Shown piece by piece: positions 29,916 through 39,429 of a stretch of 64,000 nucleotides of DNA. The notes under the pieces were generated by a model that was given only the letters and a program-made list of their open reading frames with translations, had not been told where the DNA came from and made no database searches. The position numbers and the translations under genes are program-made. This DNA is from an uncultured Acidimicrobiia bacterium (GTDB lineage Bacteria; Actinomycetota; Acidimicrobiia; Acidimicrobiales; Ilumatobacteraceae), in the NCBI GenBank assembly GCA_963839695.1, contig CAWIVW010000010.1:3647-67646 (forward strand), read 5' to 3'. Numbering within the stretch: the stretch's first letter is position 1; each line of letters starts with the position of its first letter.

Positions 29916-30675
29916 ATGACACGTACTACGCGCCCACGCTTCCGCCGTCTCGCCGTGGCCGCCGTGCTCGCCCTCACCGGTGTGGTCGGTGCCGCCGTGG
30001 CCGCACCGGCGCCGGCGGCTCACGCCGACGGCTGCTACACGTGGGGGCGCACGCTGCGCCGGGGCATGAGCGGCAGCGACGTCACCCGGCTCCAGATCCG
30101 CATCGCCGGATATCCCGGTTCGGGCGGGGTGCTGGCGATCGACGGGGCGTTCGGTCCGGCGACCGAAGCCGCGCTGCGCCGCTTCCAGGCGGGCCTACGG
30201 CCTCGCGGCCGACGGCATCGCCGGCCCGGCCACCTACTCCCGGCTCTACGCGTTGCAGGACAACGACTGCACCCCCGCCCACTTCAGCTACAGCGAGATG
30301 GACGACGGCTGCGGCGGCAGCGGCTTCGACGGTGGGAACGTCTCGGAGGCGACGGCCCGCTCGAACGCGCTGCGCGCGATGTGGAAGCTCGAGGCGATGC
30401 GTCATGCGCTCGGCGACCGCCCGCTCCGCGTCACCAGCGCGTTCCGCAGCCGCTCGTGCAACGCCGCCGTCGGTGGGGCCAGCAACAGCCGCCACCTCTA
30501 CGGCGATGCCGCCGACCTCGTGTCGAGCTACTACTCGTTGTGCACGCTGGCCCGCCAGGCCCGCAACCACGGGTTCCGCGGGATCCTCGGACCCGGCTAC
30601 CCGGGTCACAACGACCACACCCACATCGACCATCGCTCCTCCCGCTTCTGGAGCGCGCCCAGCTGCGGCATCTGA
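29916..30675 (+). CDS. Secreted zinc D-Ala-D-Ala carboxypeptidase (peptidase M15) with an N-terminal peptidoglycan-binding domain, frameshifted (1 indel near 30195)
   Basis: Signal peptide, then PG_binding_1 (GSDVTRLQIRIAG...IDGAFGPATEAALRRFQA / YGLAADGIAGPATY). The catalytic part VTSAFRSRSCNAAVGGASNSRHLYGDAADL...HNDHTHIDH resembles the Streptomyces albus G enzyme. Confidence 0.85.
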
Positions 30676-30680
30676 CCCGC

Positions 30681-30736
30681 CCCGAACTTGCATCTATCGG
30701 TGGGCCTCTGGCACCGCGATCAGATGCAAGTTCGGG
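30681..30736. repeat. Inverted repeat / long hairpin built from two copies of CCCGAACTTGCATCT
   Basis: CCCGAACTTGCATCT (30681-30695) and AGATGCAAGTTCGGG (30722-30736) form a perfect 15-bp pair. The inner ATCG/CGAT extends the stem with one bulge. It lies 6 nt after the M15 stop and may act as a terminator. Confidence 0.6.
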
Positions 30737-30755
30737 CAGTAGGGTCCGCGGCGTC

Positions 30756-32767
30756 GTGCGCGCCTCTCGCCGATCTGGTCTCGCGCTGCGGGAGCAGCTC
30801 GTCCTCACCGCCTTCCTGATGTTGTTCGTCGAGCTGGCGTTGATCCGCTGGCTCGGCGCCAACGTCCTCTACCTCGCCTACTTCTCCAACGTGGTGCTGT
30901 TGGGCAGCTTCCTCGGCATCGGGTTGGGGTTCTTGTGGACGAGCCGTGGCCGGCGCTCTTTGTTCCCGCTCGCTCCGACTGCGCTGGCTGCCCTGATCAT
31001 CCTCGTCCGCATCCTCGAAGTGAGGGTCGGCATTGCCGGTTCGGGCTTGATCTTCTTCGGCCTCGACACGTCCGGCCCGCCGCGATGGATCGTTCTGCCG
31101 GCGGTGTTCGTCGTCGTCGCCGGGGTGATGACGTGCATCGGCGACGGAGTCGCCAGGGCCTTCCGCCGGCTCGACAACCTCGACGCCTACCAGCTCGACA
31201 TCACCGGCAGCCTGCTCGGCATCGGCGTGTTCTCGCTGCTCGCGTTCGTGAACGCGGATCCCGTCGTGTGGGGCACGATCGCCGCTCTCGGCTTCGTCGT
31301 GGCGCTCCGGCCGAGGCGGTTGCAGTTCCGTGCTCGCCGTCGCGGTCCCGCTGACCGTCGCGGTCGGGTTCCTCGTCGCCGAGTCGGCCGAAGCGGACGC
31401 GACGTGGACGCCGTACTACAAGGTTCACACGTTCCCCATCGGGGGCACGGGCGGTCTCGTCGCCGAGGTCAACGGCATCCCGACCTGGTTGCAGATCCCC
31501 GCCGTCGGCAATCCGATCTACGAGACGGTGTACGAGCGCATCAGCCGCCCGGACCCCGGTGACGTGCTGATCGTCGGAGCCGGCTCGGGGAACGACGTCG
31601 CCGTCGCTACCGCACGGGGCGCGAGTCGCGTCGACGCCGTTGAGATCGACGCGCATCTTCTCGAACTCGGGCGTCGTCACCCGGACCGTCCGTACGACGA
31701 CCCGCGGGTCATCGCCCATGTCGCGGACGGCCGGGCGTTCCTCGAGGCGACCGATCGCCAGTGGGACACGATCCTGCTCGCCCTGCCCGACTCGCTCACC
31801 CTGCTCCCCGGTCAGTCGTCGCTGCGGTTGGAGAGCTACCTCTTCACCGAAGAGGCAGTGGAGTCGTATCGCGACCACCTCGCCCCCGGCGGCGTGCTGG
31901 CGATGTACAACTACTACCGCGAGCGCTGGCTCGTCGATCGTTACGCCGGCACGCTCGACGACGTTTTCGCTCAGCGGCCGTGCGTGAGCCCGGGTGGACC
32001 GACGCTGTCGGTGCTCGTCGTCAGCGACGACCCGGCCGCGGTGCGCTGCCCCGCTGAGGAGGTGTTCAGGCGCCCTGCCTCGACACCCCGCCCGGCGACC
32101 GACGACCACCCGTTTCCGTACCTGCGCACGCCGGGCATCCCCGGCTTCTATCTCGCCTCCATCGCCGTCATGCTGGCGATCTCGCTGTTCGTCGTTCGGG
32201 CCGTCGGTGGTCCGCTTCGTTCGATGGCCCCGTTCGCCGACCTGTTCTTGATGGGCGTCGCCTTCCTGCTCCTCGAGACGAAGAACGTCGTGCAGTTCGC
32301 GCTCTTGTTCGGCACGACCTGGTTCGTCAACGCGCTCGTCTTCGCCGGAGTGCTCGGGTCGGTGCTGCTGGCGATCGTGGTGAGCAAGCGGATGACGATC
32401 AGCCGGCCGGCATGGCTCTATGGGGCTCTCCTCGCCTCGATCGCGTTCGAACTGGCTCGTCCCCGGCCGGGCCCTGCTGGCGTTGCCGTTCCTGCCGCGT
32501 CTGCTCGCCGCGGTGGTGCTCGCCTTCCTGCCGATCTTCACCGCCAACCTCGTGTTCGCCAACCGGTTCCGCTCGACGGTCGACTCGACCGCGGCGTTCG
32601 CCGCCAATCTCCTCGGCGCGATGGTCGGTGGGCTGCTCGAGTACACGTCGCTCGTGATCGGCTATCGCAACTTGCTGCTCGTCGTCGCCGCGGTGTACAC
32701 GGCCGCCTTCGTCCTGCGTCCCCGCCACGCGGTGGTGCCGACCGCGGCATCGCGCGCGGCGGCGTGA
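30756..32767 (+). CDS. Spermidine-synthase-like (SpeE fold) domain flanked by N- and C-terminal multi-TM regions, frameshifted (2 indels near 31325 and 32455)
   Basis: GTG at 30756. N-terminal TM helices, then VLIVGAGSGNDVAVATARGASRVDAVEIDAHLLELG...ILLALPDS (SAM/aminopropyltransferase fold), then a C-terminal TM bundle ending at 32767. Confidence 0.75.
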
Positions 32768-32909
32768 CGATCGGCCGCTCGGATCGGGATCGTTAGGCTC
32801 GCTCCATGACCGCTCATTGCGTTCCCCGGCCACGCCACTTGCCGCCTGCGCAGCCGGTGGCCGCTCGTTCGCTTGCGCTCACTCGCTCGCATCGGAATCG
32901 GGCGCTTCC

Positions 32910-34141
32910 ATGACCCACCTGTCGAATGTGTGGTTCAAGGTCACCGACCTGGAGGTCGTGAGCGGTCGGGGCTGCCGGGTGACGACGGTCGGCGGCGACG
33001 AGTACCTCGACTTCGCCGCCGGGATCGCCGTCAACAGCACCGGCCACAGCCATCCGCACGTCGTCGACGCGATCTCCCGCCAGGCCGGGCGCTTCATCCA
33101 CGCCCAGGTCAACGTGTTCACCCACGACCTGCTCGAGCCGCTCGCCGCCCGGCTCGCCGAGCTCGCGCCGGGCGCGATCGACACCTTCTTCTTCGCCAAC
33201 TCGGGCGCCGAGATCACCGAGGCGGCGGTGAAGCTCGCCAAGCAGGTCACCGGACGGCCCAACATCGTCGTGTTCGACGGCTCGTTCCACGGGCGCACCC
33301 ACCTGACGATGGCGATGACCACGTCCAAGACCGGTGTACCGGGCCGGCCACGCGCCGCTGCCGTCGGGCATCTTCGTCGCCCCGTTCCCCGATCCGCTCG
33401 CGGCCGACGAGACCGCCGAGGTGCGCCGGGCGCTCGCCGGCGTCGACCGGGTGCTCGCGACGCTCACCGCGCCCGGCGAGACGGCGGCGATGATCCTCGA
33501 GCCGGTCCTCGGCGAGGGTGGCTACGCACCGGCGCCGCCGGCGTTCGTCACCGGGCTCGTCGACCGCTGCCGCGAGCACGGGATCCTCTTCGTCGCCGAC
33601 GAGGTGCAGAGCGGCTTCGGGCGGACGGGGAAGATGTTCGCCGTCGAGCACCTCGGCGTCGAGCCCGACGTGATCTGCATGGCCAAGGGGATCGCCTCGG
33701 GCTTCCCGTTCGCCGCCCTCGGCACCCGCCGCGAGCTCGACGACCGGTGGCCACGCGGCAGTCACGGCGGCACCTACGGCGGCAACCCGATCGGCTGCGC
33801 CGCGGCGCTGGCGACGATCGAGGTGATGACCGAGCCGGGGTTCCTGGACAACGTCGACGCGCGCGGCCGGCAGCTGATGGACGGCCTCGGCGAGCTGCAG
33901 CGATCCGAACCCGGCCTGCGTCAGGTCCGCGGCGTGGGCCTGATGGTGGCGACCGTGTTCGACGATCCCGCCCGCGTCGGCCGCGGTGATGCGGCACTGC
34001 CTGCACGAGGGCCGGCTGATCCTGATGAGCGCCGGCACCGACGGCACGGTGCTGCGCTGGATGCCGCCGCTCGTCGTCACCGCGGCCGAGATCGACGAGG
34101 CGCTGCACGCCTTCGGCGCGGCCTTGAAGGCGACGGCCTGA
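32910..34141 (+). CDS. Class-III PLP aminotransferase (4-aminobutyrate/omega-aminotransferase-like), frameshifted (2 indels near 33340 and 33975)
   Basis: STGHSHPHVV, FFANSGAEITEAAVKLA, FVADEVQSGFGRTGKMFA, CMAKGIASGFP and HGGTYGGNP. The C-terminus RLILMSAGTDGTVLRWMPPLVVT is in a third frame. Confidence 0.85.
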
Positions 34142-34171
34142 CCGTCGTCGTCCGGACGAAGCGCCGCAGAC

Positions 34172-34623
34172 ATGCCTCGGCTCGATGCCAGCCGGGTCGC
34201 GGCGTGGCGCGAGCTGCAGTCGGTCGCCGCCGAGCTCGAGCGACTGATCGACGAGGACGTGACCGCCGAGTGGGACGTCCCGCTCGGCTGGTTCGACGTG
34301 TTGGCCGGCCTGCAACGGATGGGCGGCCGGGCCCGCCCGAGCGACCTGGCCGTCGAGCTGCGCCTCGTCCGGTCGAGCCTGAGCCGGCGCCTCGACCGGC
34401 TGGAGGAGGAAGGGTGGGTCGCCCGACACCAGCCCGGCCGCGTCGACGACCACCGGGCCGTCGTCGTCGTGCTCACGCGGCGCGGCCGGACGTTGTGGCG
34501 GGAGATGAACCTCACCTACCGGCGGGCCGTGCAGACCGCGTGTCGTCGCTGCTCACCGACGCCGACGTGGCCGACCTGCGTCGCATCCTCGCCGCCATCG
34601 CCCGAGTGAGGCCCCCGGTTTGA
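34172..34623 (+). CDS. MarR-family transcriptional regulator, frameshifted (1 indel near 34540)
   Basis: PLGWFDVLAGLQRMGGRARPSDLAVELRLVRSSLSRRLDRLEEEGWVAR is a wHTH. The tail LLTDADVADLRRILAAIARV is in another frame. Confidence 0.8.
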
Positions 34624-34719
34624 GCGCAGGGCCCGTCCCGAGCGACCGACTCGTCCGTCGCGTTTCGGAGCAGCGTACGCCGCGTCGCTGGCGCTCCTCG
34701 CGCAGCACTCGGAGCGTCC

Positions 34720-35887
34720 ATGACCACTGCTGTGATCGTCGAAGCCGTCCGCACCCCGTTGGGGAAGCGCAACGGGAAGCTCAAGGACTGGCACCCGGTC
34801 GATCTCGCGGCCGAAACCCTCAACGCGCTGACCGAACGAACCGGGATCGACCCCGGCGTCGTCGACGACGTGGTGATGGGGTGCGTGATGCAGGTCGGGG
34901 AGCAGGGCGTCAACATCGCCCGCAACGCCGTGCTCGCCGCCGGCTGGCCGGAGAGCGTCCCCGGCACGACGATCGACCGGCAGTGTGGATCCAGTCAGCA
35001 GGCCGCCCACTTCGCCGCCCAGGGGGTGATCGCCGGCGCCTACGACGTCGTCGTCGCGGCCGGGGTCGAGGTGATGACGAGGGTGCCGATGGGCGCGTCG
35101 ATGGCCGACGGCAAGTTCGGGTACCCGTTCGGCCCCAAGGTCGGGGCCCGCTACATCGAGCACGGCGGGCTCGTGCCGCAGGGCATCTCGGCCGAGCTGA
35201 TCGCCGACAAGTGGGACATCTCGCGCGACGACATGGACCGGTTCGGCGCCCGCAGCCAGCAGCTCGCCGCCACCGCCACCGCCGAGGGACGGTTCGAGCG
35301 CGAGATCCTGCCGGTGCTCGGGGCCGACGGCGAGCTGGTCACCACCGACGAGGGGCTGCGCGAGACGACGGTCGAGTCGCTGGCCAAGCTCAAGCCGTCG
35401 TTCCGGCCCGAGGAGGAAGGCGGCAAGGTCACGGCCGGCAACTCGTCGCAGATCACCGACGGCGCCGCGGCGCTGCTGATCATGAGCGAGGAGCGGGCGG
35501 CCGGGCTCGGGCGTGACGCCGCGGGCCCGGTTCGTCGACTTCGCCCTCGCCGCCGACGATCCGCGGCTGATGCTCACCGCGCCGATCCCGGCGACGCACA
35601 AGCTGCTCGAGCGGAGCAAGCTGACGATCGAGGACTTCGACCTGATCGAGATCAACGAGGCCTTCGCCTCGGTCGTGCTCGCGTGGGAGCAGGAGCTGCA
35701 CCCGGACATGGACCGGGTCAACGTCAACGGCGGGGCGATCGCCCTCGGCCACCCCCTCGGCTGCTCCGGCGCCCGGCTGATGACCACGCTCGTCCACGAG
35801 CTCGAACGCACCGGCGGCCGCTACGGCCTGCAGACGATGTGCGAGGGCGGCGGGATGGCCAACGCCGCGATCATCGAACGCCTCTGA
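34720..35887 (+). CDS. Acetyl-CoA acetyltransferase (thiolase), frameshifted (1 indel near 35510)
   Basis: [21 protein letters not shown] (active Cys), [17 protein letters not shown] and CEGGGMANA. Confidence 0.9.
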
Positions 35888-35892
35888 TCCAT

Positions 35893-35967
35893 CCGAGGTT
35901 TTCGTCGCACCGGAGGGTTTGCCGCACCGCTTCCGGCACGAAACCCTCCGGTGACCCGAAACCTCGG
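35893..35967 (+). terminator. Nested long hairpin after the thiolase gene
   Basis: The outer arms CCGAGGTTT/AAACCTCGG enclose the inner perfect 13-bp arms CACCGGAGGGTTT/AAACCCTCCGGTG. It starts 6 nt after the stop. Confidence 0.55.
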
Positions 35968-36015
35968 GTGCGGAAGGCCGGGCAGCCTGTGTATATCTCT
36001 GGGTAGGTTGACCTG

Positions 36016-36282
36016 GTGCCGAGCGTGGCGACGGTGCTGTGGATCGCCGGAGGCCTGGTCCTGGCCTACGTGGTGTGGAAAACCGGGATCGCCATGCTCC
36101 GTTCACTCACCCGACCCCTCCCGCCACCGCCGCCGCCGGGGGAGATGCGCAAGGTGAACCTGCGTTATCGCTGCAGCGTCTGTGGGGTGGAGGTGAGGTT
36201 GACGCTGGCCCCCGACGAGGATCCGCCGCCGCCCCGACATTGCCTGGAGGACATGGTGATCGTCGCTCCGATCACCGATTGA
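36016..36282 (+). CDS. Small membrane protein with a C-terminal zinc-ribbon-like motif (88 aa)
   Basis: GTG start. TM segment VLWIAGGLVLAYVVW, a PPPPPP linker, and RYRCSVCGVEVRLTLAPDEDPPPPRHC (CxxC...HC). Confidence 0.5.
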   Translation: MPSVATVLWIAGGLVLAYVVWKTGIAMLRSLTRPLPPPPPPGEMRKVNLRYRCSVCGVEVRLTLAPDEDPPPPRHCLEDMVIVAPITD

Positions 36283-36289
36283 CGCCGAG

Positions 36290-36321
36290 TTGTCCACAGC
36301 CTGTGGACAAGCTGCGGACAA
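36290..36321. promoter_or_regulatory. Cluster of DnaA boxes: two perfect TTGTCCACA boxes in inverted orientation plus one 8/9 box
   Basis: TTGTCCACA (36290-36298), TGTGGACAA (36302-36310, a perfect box on the minus strand) and TGCGGACAA (36313-36321, read as TTGTCCGCA on the minus strand). An AATGAC-ACAC-GTCATT palindrome follows. The cluster lies between two convergent stops. Confidence 0.55.
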
Positions 36322-36346
36322 ATGACACACGTCATTCCGGTGACGG

Positions 36347-36668
36347 TCAGCGCCACTTGGTGGCGGTGTACAGACCGCCGAGCAGGCAGGCGAGGCCGAC
36401 GATCATCGGCCAGTTGCTGTCGGGGAAGACGAGGTACCGCAGCATGATCGCGAGCGCCGCCGACGGCGAACAGCACGAGCATCAGCACCGGGACCCACGG
36501 CGGGCTCTCCTTGGCCGACTGCGGGCACCGGCGGCGTGTAGCGCGACGACGCGCCGACCGTCGTCGCCCGGTCACCGGCGGCGCGAGCCGTCGCGGGCGC
36601 GGCGATCCGGGCCGGGTGCCGGCCGGCGTCACCCGGCCACCGCCGGTCTTGCGCTTCGGAGGAGCCAC
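36347..36668 (-). CDS. crgA: Cell division protein CrgA, frameshifted (~3 indels)
   Basis: GTG at 36668. Across frames it reads VAPPKRKTGGGRVTPAG... / SSRYTPPVP / QSAKESPPWVPVLMLVLFAVGG / LAIMLRYLVFPDSNWPMIVGLACLLGGLYTATKWR*. This gives two TM helices, a YTPP motif and the conserved position next to trpG/pknB. Confidence 0.7.
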
Positions 36669-36747
36669 GGCCGCGCGAGTTTACGGTTTGTGTCACCGAC
36701 ATACGCGTTCGACGACCGATCCGGTGACAGCAGCATAGCTTGCGCGG

Positions 36748-37352
36748 CCGTGTGCCGGCCGCGGGTGCTCGTCATCGACAGCTACGACAGCTTCGTCTAC
36801 AACCTCGTCCAGTACCTCGGCGAGCTCGGGGCGCAGCCGATCGTGCACCGCAACGACGAGCTCGACGTCGCCGGCGCGCTCGCCCTCGAGCCCGACGGCG
36901 TGCTGCTGTCGCCCGGCCCGGGTCGGCCGGAGGACGCCGGCATCGTCTGCGCCGCGGTGCCCGAGTTCGCCGACCGCGGCATCCCCGTCCTCGGCGTGTG
37001 CCTCGGCCACCAGGCCATCGCCCACGCCTACGGCGCGACGCATCGTCGGCGCGGCCGAGCTGATGCACGGCAAGACGTCGACGATCGACCACGACGGCGC
37101 GGGCGTCTTCACCGGCCTGCCGTCGCCGCTCACCGCGACCCGCTACCACTCCCTCACCGTCGCGCCCGACAGCGTCCCCGACTGCCTCGAGGTCACGGCG
37201 ACGACGGGCGACGGCACGATCATGGGCGCTCCGCCACCGCGAGCACGCCGTCGAGGGCGTGCAGTTCCATCCCGAGAGCGTGCTCACCGCGTCCGGCCAC
37301 GACCTGCTGCGCCAACTTCCTCTCCCGCCTCGGGGCGCCGGCCACGCGCTGA
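36748..37352 (+). CDS. trpG: Glutamine amidotransferase, anthranilate/aminodeoxychorismate synthase component II, frameshifted (~3 indels)
   Basis: [48 protein letters not shown] (Cys), [11 protein letters not shown] and [11 protein letters not shown] (His). Frame breaks are near 37040, 37225 and 37310. Confidence 0.85.
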
Positions 37353-37363
37353 CGTCGCGCGCG

Positions 37364-39397
37364 CTACGGCGTGGTCGTCGGGTGGCGTCGTCGTGGTGGT
37401 GGTCGTCGTCGTCGTGGTCGGCGGCGCCGTCGTGGTCGGCGCCGCGGTGGTGGTCGGCGCGGCCGGCGCGCCCGACGACGAGCTCGATGTTCGAGCCCGC
37501 CGGCGCGACGGTGTCGGGGGCGAGGCTCTGCGAGATGACGAGACCGTCGTTGGCGTCGCCGGCCGGCAGGTCCTGGACGCTCACGCTGACGTTGAACTGC
37601 GCCAGCTGCTCCCGGGCCGCCGCCTCGCTGGAGCCGACCACGTTCGGCACCGTCACCCCCGGCGGACCGCCGGAGACGACGAGTTGGACCTCACCGCCCC
37701 GGTCGACGAGCTCGCCGGCCGCCGGGTCGGTGCGGATCACGAGCCCGGCCTGGACGGTGTCGCTCTCCTCGGTCACCGTCGTGACGGTGAAGTCGTAGGG
37801 CGGGCTCTCCAGCACCTGGCGGGCCTCGGCCTCCGGGCGGCCGATGACGGTCGACGGCATCGCGACCTGCTCGCGGCCGCCCGACACGACGATGTCGATC
37901 CGCGTGTCCTGCTCGACCTGGGCGCCGGCGGCAGGGTCGGTGCGGATGACCGAGCCCTCGTCGATGTCGTCGCTCGGCTCGGTCGTCTCCTGCCCGACGC
38001 GGAAGCCGGCCGCGGCGAGGATCTGCCGGGCCTCGTCGAGCGGCCGACCCTCGACGTTGGGCACCTCCTGCAGCTCCGGATCCGGGTTGTAGAAGAGCCT
38101 GATCACCTGGGACTCGACGACCACCGTTCCGGCCTCGGGGTCGGTGCGGTGGACGGTCTCGCACCGGCACCGTCGAGTTCTCCTCGGCGATCGGCTCGTA
38201 GTTGAGGTTCAGGTCGTCGAGCTCCTGGGTGACCTCCGCCAGCGGGCGGCCGACGTAGTCGTCGAGGGCGAAGCTCGACGGCTCGTCGTCGCCGGACAGG
38301 GCCTGGAACAGCAGGATCCCGCCGATGCCGAGGGCGATGAGGGCGAAGAAGGCGGCGAGCGCGTACCACCCGGTGCGCGACGGCGGCGGCTCGTAGTACC
38401 GCGCCTCCGGCGACGCACCGGTCGGGAGCCGATCGGCGGTCGTGCCCTGGGCGACGGTGGGAGCGAGCAGTCGCCGAGCGTCGACGGTCGGCGGCACCGC
38501 GCCGGGGCGACGGACGGCCCGCGCCGCGTTGGCGGCGGCGGCCAGCGCCAGCACCTGGTCGCCGTTGCGGAAACGACGCAGGTCGTCGCGGAGCGCGGCG
38601 GCGCTCGGGTAGCGGATCTTGGGATCCTTGGCGAGCAGCTTGGCGACGATCGCCTCGTAGGAGCGGGGGATGTCGACGACCAGTTGGTTGAGCGGCTGGG
38701 GGTTGTCGTGCACCTGCTTGTAGGCGATGCTGACCGGGTTCTCGCCCGTGAACGGCGGCCGGCCGGACACCATCTCGTACATCACGACGCCGAGCGAGTA
38801 GAGGTCGCTGCGCGGGTCGGGCTGGGCGCCCTGGGCCTGCTCGGGCGAGAAGTACGTGGCCGTGCCCATCACCGCGCCAGCCTGGGTGAGGTTGGACTCG
38901 GTCGGCGCGTTCATCGCCCTGGCGATGCCGAAGTCGGCCACCTTCACCTGGCCGTTGGACCCGATCAGGATGTTCGCCGGTTTGACGTCACGGTGCACCA
39001 GCCCCGCCTCGTGGGCGAAGCCGAGCGCGGCGGCCACCTCGCTGGCGATCTCGGCGGCCTGCTTGGCCGTGACGTGGCCGTTCGTGCGCAGGATCTCGGC
39101 CAGCGTGCGCCCCTCGACGTACTCCATGCAGATGTAGTAGGTGCCCGAGTGGCGGCCCCAGTCGTAGACGTTGACGATGTTCGGGTGGCTCAGGTTGGCC
39201 GCCGCCTGGGCCTCCCGGCGGAAGCGCTCGACGAAGTTGGGGTCGGTGGCGAACTCGGGGAACAGCACCTTGATCGCGACCTGGCGGTCGAGCAGGCGGT
39301 CTCGGCCGAGGAACACGTCGGCCATGCCGCCGCGCCCGATGCGCCTGGTCAACTCGTATCGGTCGTTGATGATCGCGTGTCGATCGCTGGTGGTCAC
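37364..39397 (-). CDS. pknB: Ser/Thr protein kinase PknB (kinase, TM, PASTA repeats, Thr/Pro tail), frameshifted (at least 2-3 indels)
   Basis: GTG at 39397. [38 protein letters not shown] and the TM segment [21 protein letters not shown]. After a break near 38150 come the PASTA units ([21 protein letters not shown]..., [21 protein letters not shown]...). The 3' end at 37364 is inferred via a Thr/Pro-rich frame. Confidence 0.85.
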
Positions 39398-39429
39398 TGG
39401 TACCTGCTTCTGCGGGCCGCCCGGCCCGG

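Noticed and set aside
36165-36668. The 167-aa ORF on the minus strand, read as a single Arg-rich protein.
   Set aside because: Only its first part is meaningful. Frame-switching yields a typical ~105-aa CrgA with two TM helices ending at 36347. The rest overlaps the convergent zinc-ribbon gene.
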